From Pyrinomonadaceae bacterium (GTDB taxonomy: Bacteria; Acidobacteriota; Blastocatellia; Pyrinomonadales; Pyrinomonadaceae): a stretch of 61,472 nt of DNA. The position numbers and the translations under genes are program-made. Of the stretch, positions 26,153-36,886 are shown in pieces (the first letter of the stretch is position 1; the number at the start of each line of letters is the position of its first letter). The stretch covers positions 1 to 61,472 of the forward strand of contig JBKBYA010000005.1 of assembly GCA_046313635.1 (NCBI GenBank), in the 5' to 3' direction. Below the pieces are notes generated by a model. It worked only from the letters and a program-made list of their open reading frames with translations, was not told where the DNA came from and made no database searches.

Positions 26153-26949
26153 CGGTCGCGGTATTCGTCGATCGATGCCGACGCGCGGCGCGGCACCCAG
26201 AAGTCGCGGCCGTCCGATCCGACCTTTGTCAGCCCGGCGTCGGACAATTCGCTCTCGGCCATCCCGAGATATGTGAAGTGCGGCAGGTCGGACGTGACGG
26301 TTTGAAACCAGCCGTGCGAGTTGAGTATCGCCCGCACCGCCGGGTCGTCAAATTCGCGCACGTCAAAGGCCAGCAGCGAAAGGTGCTGCGAGGCGCCCGG
26401 CGGTGCGACCGAGTAGATGATCGGTTTCGAAAGGTCTTTGGCAAAAAATATCCCCTGCCGTTCGAGCTCGAAGATCGGCTCGACCTGCTCGTGGGGCGAG
26501 AGCCTGCGGATGAGCTCGGCCTGCTCCGCCGAGAGACCGCCCTGCCGCGTCCAGTGGTCGAGGCCCGGCTCGACGCGGCTCTGCCAGAGCTCGACCGTCA
26601 TATAGTAGCTTCGCTGGCCTGAGTCGGCGCCGCGCGGCGTGATCGAGAGCCCGCGCGAACGCGCCTCGCCGGCCGCCTCAACGAGAGCGTCCATTGCAGG
26701 CCGCTGGAGCGTGAATTCGTGTTCGCCGATCCTCGCCGTCCGTGTCGCGAGCGACGACTGGAACGCCTTTACCGCCGAGCCGTCTTCAAAGACGATCACC
26801 GGCGGCGGCGTGACGCCGCGGGCGACGAAGACCGCTCCGTACTCGGCGAGCAGAACACGCTCGACCGAGCTGTCGCCGAGCGTCATGGCCGAAGGCAGCC
26901 GTTTGAGAAATTGTTCCGCGAGTTCGCTTTCGATAAATGGATGCTGCAT
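26149..26949 (-). CDS. M15-family-like zinc peptidase (paralog 1)
   Basis: GQRSY, APPGASQHLSLLAFDV (SxHxxxxAxD) and DLPHFTY; start placed at MQHPF. Confidence 0.7.
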   Translation of the reverse strand: MQHPFIESELAEQFLKRLPSAMTLGDSSVERVLLAEYGAVFVARGVTPPPVIVFEDGSAVKAFQSSLATRTARIGEHEFTLQRPAMDALVEAAGEARSRGLSITPRGADSGQRSYYMTVELWQSRVEPGLDHWTRQGGLSAEQAELIRRLSPHEQVEPIFELERQGIFFAKDLSKPIIYSVAPPGASQHLSLLAFDVREFDDPAVRAILNSHGWFQTVTSDLPHFTYLGMAESELSDAGLTKVGSDGRDFWVPRRASASIDEYRDR

Positions 26950-27019
26950 GGGGTAGTGCCGAGGATTATACCGAAAAATCTCTTGTTCATGCCGCAGGCC
27001 AAAAATTACAATCGCATAA

Positions 27020-27724
27020 ATGCGTTTGTCATGGTCGAGCACGGGGCGGTTTGTATTCGCACTTTATCTTGTCGCGCTACACGCGTCTCTCGGGTACCTC
27101 TCCTATCGCGTCTATTTTGACGACGTCGCGGCGATCCGCCCGGTCGCGGTCGACAGCGTCGGAGCGCCGCTCGCCGACACGCCGGTCCCGACCCCGCTCG
27201 ATGCGCCCGAAGAATTTGCCGACGCCGCGCCGCAGCCGAGCCTGCCGGCGACGCAGCCCGCGCTGCCGCCGCAGAATGGAGAGCTCGATCTTGCGATGCC
27301 GGTTTCGGGCGTCAGACCCGAGCAGCTCACAGACACGTTCGCGGACTCGCGTTCCGACGGCCGTGTGCACGAGGCTCTCGACATTATGGCCCCGGCCGGG
27401 ACGCCCGTCGTCGCGGCGGCCGACGGCACTATCGTCAAATTTTGGGACAGCGAGCGCGGAGGCATCACGATATACCAGCGGAGCCCGAGCGGCTCCTACA
27501 TCTACTACTACGCTCACCTGCAGCGACGGGCCGATGCGATCAGAGAGGGCCAGGCCGTCACGCGCGGCACTTTGCTCGGCTATGTCGGCGATACGGGCAA
27601 CGCGGGCGCCGGCAACTTTCACCTGCACTTTGCGGTCTATCGCGTGACCGACCCGCGGCGATATTGGGAGGGCGAGCCGATCGACCCGTATCCGCTGCTG
27701 CGCGGCCGTTCGACGCCGGATTAG
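27020..27724 (+). CDS. M23 family metallopeptidase
   Basis: HEALD, GTPVVAAADG, YYAHL and HLHF. Confidence 0.92.
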   Translation: MRLSWSSTGRFVFALYLVALHASLGYLSYRVYFDDVAAIRPVAVDSVGAPLADTPVPTPLDAPEEFADAAPQPSLPATQPALPPQNGELDLAMPVSGVRPEQLTDTFADSRSDGRVHEALDIMAPAGTPVVAAADGTIVKFWDSERGGITIYQRSPSGSYIYYYAHLQRRADAIREGQAVTRGTLLGYVGDTGNAGAGNFHLHFAVYRVTDPRRYWEGEPIDPYPLLRGRSTPD

Positions 27725-27751
27725 GCATACGTGTTGCCGAACGATCGGCAT

Positions 27752-29116
27752 ATGCGCATCAAATACGGACGCGTCGACGTCCATTCCTCGGTCCTAGATT
27801 ACCGTTTTAGATCGTCACTCGTCCTCCTCGTTCTTTTGGCCGCTCTCGGGCTCTCGGGATGCGACACCACGCCGCAGGGCGGACCGCCGCAAAATGCGTC
27901 CCCTGCGACATCCGCGACGCCGGCCGCAGACACCGCCGATCAAAAGGCGGCCGCGGGCGCTCCCGCCGACCTGACGATCACCTTGCCGCTGCTCGGAGCG
28001 ATGCTTGCGGACGACGAATTTGCCGCCGAGCTTAAGCAGCAGGTCGGTCTCAGCGACGAGCAGATCGCCCGGCTCCGCCAGGTGTCGGACGAGGCCGTAA
28101 GCGGCCTCGACGAAAAAACCGACGACGGCGCGGCGGCCGGCTCGACGAGGGCCTCCGTCGAGCACGCTCTGAACGAGATCAGAAAAATAGCAGGCGACGA
28201 AAAAGCGAATACCGTACTCGGCCTGATCAGACGACGCTACGAGGCCGGCGGCGAGATCGCCGCGATGAAGCCCAACACAGTCCCGACCGACACGCGCATC
28301 GTCGTCAACGCGCCGGCGTACAGGATGGACGTCTTTAAGGACGGCCGGCTCGTCAAGACCTACAAGATCGCGATCGGCTATCCGGAATTCCCTCTGCCGA
28401 CGGGCGTGCGAAAGGCGCAGACGATCATCTTTAATCCGACCTGGACGCCGCCCGACGAGCCCTGGGTCAAGGGCAAGGTGAGACCCGGGAAAAAGGTCGA
28501 GGCCGGCGACAAGCTGAATCCGCTAGGGCCGGTCAAGATACCGATCGGGCTGCCGTCGCTGATACACGGCGGCAAGCAGCCGGCAAAGCTCGGCGGCTTT
28601 GGCTCGCACGGCTGCGTCGGGTTGACCGATTCGCAGGCGATCGATTTTTCCAGAACGCTCGCCGATCTCGCGGGCCAGCCGATCTCGGAGCCGCAGCTTA
28701 AGGAGCTCCGCGCCGATAGGACCGAGACCAAACAGGTCAAGCTCGACAACGCAATGCCCGTCGAACTGCGTTACGAGACGATCGTCCTTCAGGACGGGCA
28801 GCTCCACATCTATCGCGACGTTTACGAGCGAGGCACAAACACGGTCGAGAATCTCGAACGCGTTCTCGCCGTGTACGGCCTCGCCCTTAGCGACCTCGCA
28901 CCCGACGTCCGCGCGCGGATCGACGCGGCGCTCAAGGCGATGGCCTACGACGCGGGCGGCAACCCCGTCGAACCGCGAGACGCCGGAAACAAGGGCAAGG
29001 CCAATTCGAATGGAAAGGTAACTCGCGCCGTAAAGGGCGAAAAGGAAATGATCGTCGCGATCCCCCAGCTCGCCGGCCGCGGCTACCCGCCGCCCGCAGC
29101 GCTCAGCGAGCGGTAG
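27752..29116 (+). CDS. L,D-transpeptidase family lipoprotein
   Basis: Lipobox LSGC; NPTWTPP, NPLG and IHGG...SHGCVGL; start uncertain. Confidence 0.88.
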   Translation: MRIKYGRVDVHSSVLDYRFRSSLVLLVLLAALGLSGCDTTPQGGPPQNASPATSATPAADTADQKAAAGAPADLTITLPLLGAMLADDEFAAELKQQVGLSDEQIARLRQVSDEAVSGLDEKTDDGAAAGSTRASVEHALNEIRKIAGDEKANTVLGLIRRRYEAGGEIAAMKPNTVPTDTRIVVNAPAYRMDVFKDGRLVKTYKIAIGYPEFPLPTGVRKAQTIIFNPTWTPPDEPWVKGKVRPGKKVEAGDKLNPLGPVKIPIGLPSLIHGGKQPAKLGGFGSHGCVGLTDSQAIDFSRTLADLAGQPISEPQLKELRADRTETKQVKLDNAMPVELRYETIVLQDGQLHIYRDVYERGTNTVENLERVLAVYGLALSDLAPDVRARIDAALKAMAYDAGGNPVEPRDAGNKGKANSNGKVTRAVKGEKEMIVAIPQLAGRGYPPPAALSER

Positions 29117-30002
29117 GCGGCGCGGGCAGCTTCGGGACCCAGTAGAACTCGCCCCGATAACGAACTCTCTCGAGGCCGAGCGCGGGCAGCTCGGCCTCGT
29201 CAGCGCCAAGATACGTAAAATGGACAGAGTCGCCCCTAACGGTGCGGTGCCAGCCGTGCTCGGCGAGTATCGTCACGAGCTTGCTCGAGATCGGAGGCCG
29301 CACGTCGAAGGCGAGCAGCAGCAGATGCTGCGACGCTCCCGGCGGCGCGGCGGACGAAAAGATCGACGACGACCGGGCGGTCCCAAACAGCAGGCCCCTG
29401 CTTTCCCACTCGATCAGAGCTGCCAGCGACCGGACTGGCGTCGCGTTCACCGCCAAGGCCGCCTCCTCGTCCGTGATCTTTCCTTTTCGACTCCAGTATT
29501 CCAATGCCGGAAAGAAGCGCTTGTTCCAGATCTTCACCGTATCTTCGAAGGTGCGGGCACCGGCGATCGCCCCGTCGAGCGGAGCGATGCGGAGTCGATG
29601 CTGACGCGCGACGGCCGCCGCCTGGAGCAGTGCGTTCATCGCCGGCTGCTGAAGTTCGATCTCGATCCCCTCGATCGCTGCCTTTGCGGTCCTGACCCTT
29701 TCTCTGAACGATCGCGCCTGGCCGGCGTCGCGAAACGCGCAGCCGCTCGGCAGATGGTCAACCCGCGAAACAAATACTGCTCCGTACTCGGCTACGATCC
29801 GCCGCGCTACGGTCTCGCTTCCGAGCCCGCACAATTCATCGATCGATGCGGCCGCGTCGGTCTCGACTGCGGTCTCGGCGGGGCGCAGACGGGCGGCAAG
29901 CAGCGTCATAAAATCCCGCTCCGGGTAGGGTTGCCCGGCGGCCGCTGCGAGACCGACGAACGTGAGGCAAACGATGCCGAGGAGCCTAAAGGCAGGTTTC
30001 AT
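29103..30002 (-). CDS. Secreted M15-family-like zinc peptidase (paralog 2)
   Basis: Signal peptide; AEYGAVFV, GARTF, APPGASQHLLLLAFDV, DSVHFTYLG and FYWVP shared with 26149-26949. Confidence 0.7.
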   Translation of the reverse strand: MKPAFRLLGIVCLTFVGLAAAAGQPYPERDFMTLLAARLRPAETAVETDAAASIDELCGLGSETVARRIVAEYGAVFVSRVDHLPSGCAFRDAGQARSFRERVRTAKAAIEGIEIELQQPAMNALLQAAAVARQHRLRIAPLDGAIAGARTFEDTVKIWNKRFFPALEYWSRKGKITDEEAALAVNATPVRSLAALIEWESRGLLFGTARSSSIFSSAAPPGASQHLLLLAFDVRPPISSKLVTILAEHGWHRTVRGDSVHFTYLGADEAELPALGLERVRYRGEFYWVPKLPAPPTAR

Positions 30003-31530
30003 TGACGATCTCGCAGACACGGTCGATGTGATCCTTCATATATTCGTCCGACTCGATAAAGGGCACGCGTTCGCGGATCCGGCGATAGATCTCGCGCGTT
30101 CCCCGACCGAGCCGGCGTTCGCCGCCGCTGCGTCTGATCCGCAGATCGATCCCCTGTGCGGCGCAGAACAATTCTAACGCGATGATCTGCGCCAGATTGT
30201 TTGCGACATTGCGCAATTTGAGCGCGGCGGTCGCGCCCATCGAGACGTGGTCCTCGACATTTGCCGAGCTCGGGATCGTGTCGACGCTCGCCGGGTGAGC
30301 GAGGATCTTGTTTTCGGTGCAGAGCGCAGCAGCGGTGTACTGGACGATCATAAAGCCGGAATTCAAACCGCCGTGCTCGGTGAGGAACGCGGGCAGGACG
30401 TGAGCGTTCGAGTTCTCGTCGGTCAAACGCATCGTGCGCCGCTCGGATATGTTGCCCAGCTCCGACAGCGCGATCGCAAGGTAATCAAACGCCAGCGCCA
30501 GCGGCTCGCCGTGAAAGTTCCCGCCGCTGATGACCTCGATGTCCGAGCCGCCTGCGTCGCCGCCTGCTGACACAAAGATCAATGGATTATCGGTCACGGC
30601 ATTGAGCTCGATCTCGAGCAGCCACTCGGCATACGCGACCGCGTCGCGGCACGCGCCGTGGACCTGCGGGATGCATCGCAGCGTGTAGGCGTCCTGCACG
30701 TTTGACGGGTCGAATCCGCGGACAAACTCGCTCCCGTCGAGTATCTCTCGCAGCCGCCGCGCGCACTCGACCTGCCGCGGGTGCGGCCGCAGCGCGTGGA
30801 TCCGCTCGTCAAAGGCCGACGGCGTTCCGTTGAGGGCCTCGAGCGTAAGACAGCCCGCGACATCGGCAAGGTCCGCAAGATGCCGTGCACGGCATGTCTC
30901 TATCACGCCGACTGCGGTCATCACCGTCGTACCGTTGGTAAGCGCGAGGCCTTCTTTAGCGGCGAGCTTTACCGGAGCGAGGCCGGCGGCGGCGAGCGCG
31001 TCGGCTCCGCGCATCGTCTCGCCGCGATATTCTGCGCGGCCTTTGCCGATCAGCACGCACGCAAAATGCGCCAGCGGCGCGAGGTCGCCGCTTGCCCCGA
31101 GACTTCCTTTTTCAGGAATGATCGGATGTACTCCGCGGTTGAGGCACTCGAGTATCAGCTCGAGCGTCTCTACGCGGACGCCCGAGTAGCCGCGTGCGAG
31201 CGTATTTGCGCGGATCAGCATGATCGCCCGCACGGTCGCCGTGTCAAACGGATCGCCGACGCCTACCGCGTGACTGAGCACAATATTCCTCTGCAGCAGC
31301 TCGACCTCGTCGGTGCTGATGATCTTGTCCTTGAACGCGCCGAACCCGGTCGTGATGCCGTATGCGACCTCGCCGCGCTCGATCAGGCGCTGCACCGCGC
31401 GGGCGCAGCGTTCTACCGCGGTTCGCGCTTTGTCGGCGAGCACGACCCGCATCTCGCCCGGCCGGCCGTTTGCGACCTCTATGACCTGCTGAAATGTGAG
31501 GCTTTCGCCGTCGATGACGATCTCTTTCAT
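29986..31530 (-). CDS. hutH: Histidine ammonia-lyase
   Basis: YGITTGFG, GSLGASGDL (MIO), QDAYTLRC, GGNFHG and EDHVSMG; start placed at MKEIV. Confidence 0.96.
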   Translation of the reverse strand: MKEIVIDGESLTFQQVIEVANGRPGEMRVVLADKARTAVERCARAVQRLIERGEVAYGITTGFGAFKDKIISTDEVELLQRNIVLSHAVGVGDPFDTATVRAIMLIRANTLARGYSGVRVETLELILECLNRGVHPIIPEKGSLGASGDLAPLAHFACVLIGKGRAEYRGETMRGADALAAAGLAPVKLAAKEGLALTNGTTVMTAVGVIETCRARHLADLADVAGCLTLEALNGTPSAFDERIHALRPHPRQVECARRLREILDGSEFVRGFDPSNVQDAYTLRCIPQVHGACRDAVAYAEWLLEIELNAVTDNPLIFVSAGGDAGGSDIEVISGGNFHGEPLALAFDYLAIALSELGNISERRTMRLTDENSNAHVLPAFLTEHGGLNSGFMIVQYTAAALCTENKILAHPASVDTIPSSANVEDHVSMGATAALKLRNVANNLAQIIALELFCAAQGIDLRIRRSGGERRLGRGTREIYRRIRERVPFIESDEYMKDHIDRVCEIVNETCL

Positions 31531-32813
31531 TGTTTGCGAAAAACGATCTTGCCCGACTTGATGACGGTCGCGGCCGGTGAGACACCGAATTCGTACGCGG
31601 CCTCTCGATGATCCGGGCGGTCGAGGATCACGAGGTCGGCCCGTTTGCCGGGCTCGATCGACCCGAGACGCTCGCCGAGACCGATCGCGTGGGCCGCGTT
31701 GATCGTTGCCGCGGTCAAGGCTTCGGCCGGGAGCAGCCGTTGGTAGCGGCACGCGATCGCCATCGCCATCGGCTGCGAAGGGCAAGGCGCCGAGCCGGGA
31801 TTATAGTCGGTCGAGAGGGCGACGGCACAGCCTGCATCGATGAGCCGGCGGGCGTCGGCAAAATCGCCGCTGCCGAAATTGAAGTTCACGGTCGGCGTGA
31901 CCACGCCGGTGGTCCTCGACGCAGCGAGCATCTCCATCTCGACGTCCGAGATCGCGTCGAGATGATCGATCGAGACCGCTCCGTACTCGATCGCGAGACG
32001 GCTGCCGCCGAGATTGCTAAATTCGTCAACGTGCGCTTTGAGGGCGAAATCGAGCTCTCTCGCCGTCTCAAAGATCGTGCGGGTCTGGTCGAGGTCGAAG
32101 GCGTTCTTTTCGGTAAAGACGTCGACGAAGAACGGCGTCTGTTGTCGTGCGAAGTGAGACGCCTCGTACCACTCGCGCGCCGCGGGCAGCATCTCGCGGC
32201 AGATCAGATCGACGTACGCGCCGGCCTGGCCCTTGAATTCGGGCGGAACGGCGTGGGCGGGCAAAAACGTCGGGACCAGATCGATCGGATGCTCGCGATC
32301 GAGACGCTCGACGACCCTCAGCATCTTGAGCTCGGTCTCTAGATCGAGCCCGTAACCGGTCTTGATCTCGGCCGTCGTAGTGCCGCAGGCGAGCATTCGG
32401 TCGAGACGCGCCCGTGCCGCATCGACTAGCTCGTCCTCGCTCGCCGCGCGCGTCCTTGCAACCGTCGAGAGGATGCCTCCGCCGGCAGCGAGGATCTCGA
32501 GATAATCGGCCCCGCGGATCTTGAGCTCGAATTCATCAAGCCGGTCGCCGCCGAAAACGATATGCGTGTGCGGATCGACAAAGCCCGGCACTACCGCACG
32601 CTCTCCGGCGTCGACGACCTTGTCCGCCGAATACTTCGACACGATCTCTTCCGCTTCGGCTGCGGCCGCAAACTTGCCGTCGACGATCGCGACCGCGGCG
32701 TTGCGAAGGAGACCGGCATCGCTCATCGCGGCGCCGCGCAGAGCGCCGCCCGCCTGAGATGCACAGGTCGCAAGCTCTCGAATGTTGGTAACGATCAGGT
32801 CTGCTGCGTGCAT
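31527..32813 (-). CDS. hutI: Imidazolonepropionase
   Basis: PGFVDPHTH, EIKTGYGL and TDYNPGSAP. Confidence 0.95.
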   Translation of the reverse strand: MHAADLIVTNIRELATCASQAGGALRGAAMSDAGLLRNAAVAIVDGKFAAAAEAEEIVSKYSADKVVDAGERAVVPGFVDPHTHIVFGGDRLDEFELKIRGADYLEILAAGGGILSTVARTRAASEDELVDAARARLDRMLACGTTTAEIKTGYGLDLETELKMLRVVERLDREHPIDLVPTFLPAHAVPPEFKGQAGAYVDLICREMLPAAREWYEASHFARQQTPFFVDVFTEKNAFDLDQTRTIFETARELDFALKAHVDEFSNLGGSRLAIEYGAVSIDHLDAISDVEMEMLAASRTTGVVTPTVNFNFGSGDFADARRLIDAGCAVALSTDYNPGSAPCPSQPMAMAIACRYQRLLPAEALTAATINAAHAIGLGERLGSIEPGKRADLVILDRPDHREAAYEFGVSPAATVIKSGKIVFRKQ

Positions 32814-32943
32814 GCGGGCCGAAGCGAAATACTAACACGCGGGGCCGACGAGCTAGAATTCGGCGCTTCTTACGCGTGATTGACAGGCGATGCCTTTAGC
32901 AGAATAATCGCCGAACCATTTTTAACAAACAGGAGCAAGCAAA

Positions 32944-33963
32944 ATGTCACAACCCGCACCGCACGACGTCACGCCTCAGCTTTTTTGGGACACGATGACC
33001 GCATTTCAGCGGTCTGCCGCGTTGAAGGCGGCGGTCGATCTCGAGATCTTTACCCGCATCGGCGAGGGCCACCGGACCGCCGCGGCCATCGCGAACGCGG
33101 CAGGAGCGGCCGAGCGCGGCGTGCGCATAATCTGCGATACGCTGACGGTAATCGGCTTTTTGGAAAAGTCCGGCGGCGAATACTCGCTGACTGAGTCGAC
33201 CGCCGCGTTTCTCGACAAGCGTTCGCCGATGTATCTGGGCGGGACGATCGAATTCATTATGTCAGCCAACCAGCGCCGCGGGTTTGACGATCTTACAAAT
33301 GCCGTCCGTAACGGCGGCTCAAGCATCAAGGGCGACGCCTCGATGGACCCGAACAGCGAGATGTGGGTCACCTTTGCGCGGTCTATGGCGCCGATGATGT
33401 ATCCGACCGCGCAGGCCGTCGCGGCGCACATCGCTTTTGAGAAGGACCGCCCGATCAAAGTGCTCGACATCGCCGCGGGCCACGGCATCTACGGCATTGT
33501 CGTCGCGACCCAATTCCCAAACGCTCAGGTTTACGGCGCCGATTGGGAAAACGTATTGGGCGTCGCACGCGAGAATGCCGAACGCCACGGCGTCGCCGAC
33601 CGGTACCACACGATCGCCGGCGATGCGTTTGAGAGCGACTTCGGGACCGGCTACGACGTGATCCTCGTGCCGAACTTCCTGCATCACTTCGACCGCGAGA
33701 CGTGCATTCGATTTATCGAAAAGCTCAACGCCTCGCTTGCCGACGGCGGGCAGGTGCTGACGGTCGAATTCGTCCCCAACGACGACCGCGTCACGCCGCC
33801 GCCGCAGGCGATGTTCTCGCTTGTGATGCTCGCCGCGACGCCGGGCGGCGACGCCTACACGTTTGCCGAGCTGAAAGAGATGTTTGAGGCCGGCGGCTTT
33901 ACGCAAAACGAGATGATCCGTCTCGAGCCGATGCCCCAGACGCTGATCATCTCGTCGAAGTGA
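32944..33963 (+). CDS. SAM-dependent O-methyltransferase-like protein with dimerisation domain
   Basis: LKAAVDLEIF, VLDIAAGHG, GDAF and NFLHHF. Confidence 0.88.
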   Translation: MSQPAPHDVTPQLFWDTMTAFQRSAALKAAVDLEIFTRIGEGHRTAAAIANAAGAAERGVRIICDTLTVIGFLEKSGGEYSLTESTAAFLDKRSPMYLGGTIEFIMSANQRRGFDDLTNAVRNGGSSIKGDASMDPNSEMWVTFARSMAPMMYPTAQAVAAHIAFEKDRPIKVLDIAAGHGIYGIVVATQFPNAQVYGADWENVLGVARENAERHGVADRYHTIAGDAFESDFGTGYDVILVPNFLHHFDRETCIRFIEKLNASLADGGQVLTVEFVPNDDRVTPPPQAMFSLVMLAATPGGDAYTFAELKEMFEAGGFTQNEMIRLEPMPQTLIISSK

Positions 33964-33969
33964 GCCGAA

Positions 33970-34434
33970 TTATTGGGCTGGTTTCGTGATCCGCTTGTGT
34001 ATCTCGGGCGTCGCCAATACGGTCAGGTCGGGGACGAGCGCCCCGGCCTTGACCGCCGGGTCGGTCATTACGAGCTTCTCCGCCTCTTCGATCGTGGACA
34101 CGTTAAAGATGTAAAGACCGCGGTAATTTTTCTCGTTCGGCTTGAACGGCCCGGCGACCGCGAGCTTCCCTTCGTCAGCAAGCTTTCCTATGTTCGCCAT
34201 ATGCCCGGCGAATAACTTCTTGTACTCGTCCTCTTTGAACTCGGTACTCTTTTTCCCTGTTTTCAAAATGCAGAAGACGTAGGTCCTCATCCCGTTGTCG
34301 TCGCCGCCGAGCCGCTTGGCGAGCTCGGCGTCGTATTCGACGGTTTTCGGCGTTTCGACGGTCGCGGACTTTTGGCCATATGACGCAGCGGCTGAAACAA
34401 GAAAAAGCATTGTCACGAAAAGAGCGGTTTTCAT
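33970..34434 (-). CDS. Secreted YciI family protein
   Basis: Signal peptide; GHMANI, AGPF and DPAVKAG. Confidence 0.8.
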   Translation of the reverse strand: MKTALFVTMLFLVSAAASYGQKSATVETPKTVEYDAELAKRLGGDDNGMRTYVFCILKTGKKSTEFKEDEYKKLFAGHMANIGKLADEGKLAVAGPFKPNEKNYRGLYIFNVSTIEEAEKLVMTDPAVKAGALVPDLTVLATPEIHKRITKPAQ

Positions 34435-34527
34435 AGATTGTAATCACCCTCAAATGTCAGAAGAGGCGAGAATATTACCACGTTTTTCGCAAGGTCCATT
34501 TCCCGCTATGATGTTGTTCGACAACGT

Positions 34528-36177
34528 ATGAAAAGAACCGTTAAGGCGCCAACCGGCCCCGAACTGCACTGCAACAACTGGCTTATCGAGGCCGCTTACC
34601 GGATGATCCAGAACAATCTCGATCCGGACGTCGCGTTCGACCCCGACAATCTGATCGTGTACGGCGGGCGGGGACGGGCGGCGCGGAATTGGGAGTGTTT
34701 TGACGCGATATTGCGCAGCCTGCGCGAGCTTGAAGAGGACGAGACGCTGCTCGTGCAGTCGGGCAAGCCGGTCGGCGTCTTTCGCACGCACACCGACGCG
34801 CCGCGTGTGCTGCTGGCAAATTCGAATATCGTCCCGCACTGGGCGACCCAAGAGCAGTTTGACGAGTACGAACGCCAGGGCCTGATGATGTACGGGCAGA
34901 TGACCGCGGGCTCGTGGATATATATCGGCACGCAAGGAATTTTGCAGGGCACGTACGAGACGTTCGGGTCGCTTGCTCGACAGAATGGCTGGGGCGATCT
35001 GGCGGGCAAGCTGGTTTTGACCGCGGGGCTCGGCGAGATGGGCGGAGCGCAGGCGCAGGCTATCACCTTTAACGGCGGTGTGGGAATCTTGGTCGAGGTC
35101 GACCCGTGGCGGATCGAGCGCCGGCTGCAGCTGCGTCAGGTGGACGTCAAGGCCGAGACGATCGAGGAAGCTCTCGCGATGGCCTACCACTCACTCGACA
35201 ATCGCGAGCCGAAGTCGATCGCGCTTCTCGGCAACGCGGCAGAAGTGCACTGGCAGCTGCTCGAGCGCGGTGTAGTGCCCGACGTCGTTACCGACCAGAC
35301 GTCGGCCCACGACGTTTTGTACGGCTACATTCCGGCGGGACTTTCGGTCGAGCAGGCGGCGGAGCTCCGCAAGACGAATCAGGCCGAGTACGAACGCCGC
35401 GCGATGGACTCGATGGCGAGGCACGTCGAGGCGATGCTCGAGTTTCAGCGGCGCGGCTCGGTCGTTTTTGATTACGGCAATAATTTGCGGCAGCGGGCAA
35501 AAGATAACGGCGTCGACAATGCGTTCGATTATCCGGGGTTTGTGCCGGCGTACATCAGACCTTTGTTTTGCGAGGGCAAAGGGCCGTTTCGCTGGGTCGC
35601 GCTGTCGGGCGAGAAAGAGGACATCTACAAAACGGACGAGGCGATAATGAGCCTCTTCCCCGACAACGATCACCTCGCCCGCTGGCTCACGATGGCAAAG
35701 CAGCATGTCGAATTTCAGGGCCTGCCCGCGCGGATCTGCTGGCTCGGTTACGGCGAGCGTGCAAAGGCCGGCCTCAAGCTCAACGAGATGGTCGCGAGCG
35801 GCGAGCTCAAGGCTCCGATCGTCATCGGCCGCGATCATCTCGACTGCGGCAGCGTCGCCTCGCCAAACCGCGAGACCGAAGCGATGCGCGACGGCTCCGA
35901 CGCGATCGCCGACTGGGTCTATCTCAACGCGATGATCAACGCCGTCGGCGGCGCGACGTGGGTCTCGGTGCATCACGGCGGCGGCGTCGGCATCGGCTAT
36001 TCGCTCCACGCCGGACAGGTGATCGTCGCCGACGGCACGCCCGAAGCCGCCCGCCGCATCGAGCGTGTCCTCACCACCGACCCCGGAATGGGCATCATCC
36101 GGCACGCCGACGCGGGCTATGAAGAAGCGATCGAATTTGCGGAGAAGAATGGCGTGAAAGTTCCCATGAGGAAGTGA
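34528..36177 (+). CDS. hutU: Urocanate hydratase
   Basis: [38 protein letters not shown] and HHGGGVGIG. Confidence 0.98.
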   Translation: MKRTVKAPTGPELHCNNWLIEAAYRMIQNNLDPDVAFDPDNLIVYGGRGRAARNWECFDAILRSLRELEEDETLLVQSGKPVGVFRTHTDAPRVLLANSNIVPHWATQEQFDEYERQGLMMYGQMTAGSWIYIGTQGILQGTYETFGSLARQNGWGDLAGKLVLTAGLGEMGGAQAQAITFNGGVGILVEVDPWRIERRLQLRQVDVKAETIEEALAMAYHSLDNREPKSIALLGNAAEVHWQLLERGVVPDVVTDQTSAHDVLYGYIPAGLSVEQAAELRKTNQAEYERRAMDSMARHVEAMLEFQRRGSVVFDYGNNLRQRAKDNGVDNAFDYPGFVPAYIRPLFCEGKGPFRWVALSGEKEDIYKTDEAIMSLFPDNDHLARWLTMAKQHVEFQGLPARICWLGYGERAKAGLKLNEMVASGELKAPIVIGRDHLDCGSVASPNRETEAMRDGSDAIADWVYLNAMINAVGGATWVSVHHGGGVGIGYSLHAGQVIVADGTPEAARRIERVLTTDPGMGIIRHADAGYEEAIEFAEKNGVKVPMRK

Positions 36178-36239
36178 GGCTCCGCGATTAGGCTGTGCGG
36201 GAGGTGGATCGCCCGGCGAGGCATTCGACTTTATTCCTC

Positions 36240-36268
36240 TCGCCGAGCGGAAAAGCTTTGCTTTTCCG
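36240..36268. repeat. REP-like palindrome left of the RAYT gene
   Basis: TCGCCGAGCGGAAAAGC-TTT-GCTTTTCCG, a perfect 29-bp inverted copy of 36887-36915. Confidence 0.85.
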
Positions 36269-36307
36269 TCAAGCCTTCTCAAAAAATTCCCGCGGCTGTG
36301 CCGCCGC

Positions 36308-36847
36308 CTACCTCCAATCGATCGCGAGATGATCAGTCAACAGTGGCTCGGCCTCCGTCGGGTGACCAGCCCAACGCCGCGCGCTCGAATATCGATATTC
36401 AACAGGTCGAGATGCCAGACCCGCGCGGACCGGATTCATATGCAGGTACTCGACCTTTTGCCGAAAAGTGTCTTCGCCAAATATCTCGATCGAATCTGCG
36501 TGATGCTGCCAGACCGAGTGCTTATGATTCCGTTCGCGCAGTCCGACGCGCAGCTTGAACAGCGACTCCTTGAAATCATTGTCGGTCAGGTACTGAATTA
36601 CGCGTCTCGCGGCAACGCCGTTTAGAAGTCTGAGTGTTTCCGCCAATGTCTTCTCGGATCTGACAAGCAGGTGGACATGATCCGGCATGATCACGTAAGC
36701 GAGGATGAGAATTCCGTGCTTAGCCCGAACCTCGGCGTATGCTTTGCAAAGTACTTGTTTCAACTTATCGGTGCGGAAGATCGGCAAGCGGCGGTGAGCG
36801 ACAGACGTGAAATAGTAGACGGGAGTTGATCGGGAGATCTGGAACAT
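36308..36847 (-). mobile_element. REP-associated tyrosine transposase (RAYT, IS200/Y1 HUH family)
   Basis: YYFT, AYVIMPDHVHLL (HUH), EYLHMNPVRAGL and YRYSS. Confidence 0.9.
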
Positions 36848-36886
36848 AAGCCGCGGCGGAGCCGCAGGAAATTTAACTTATGCTTT

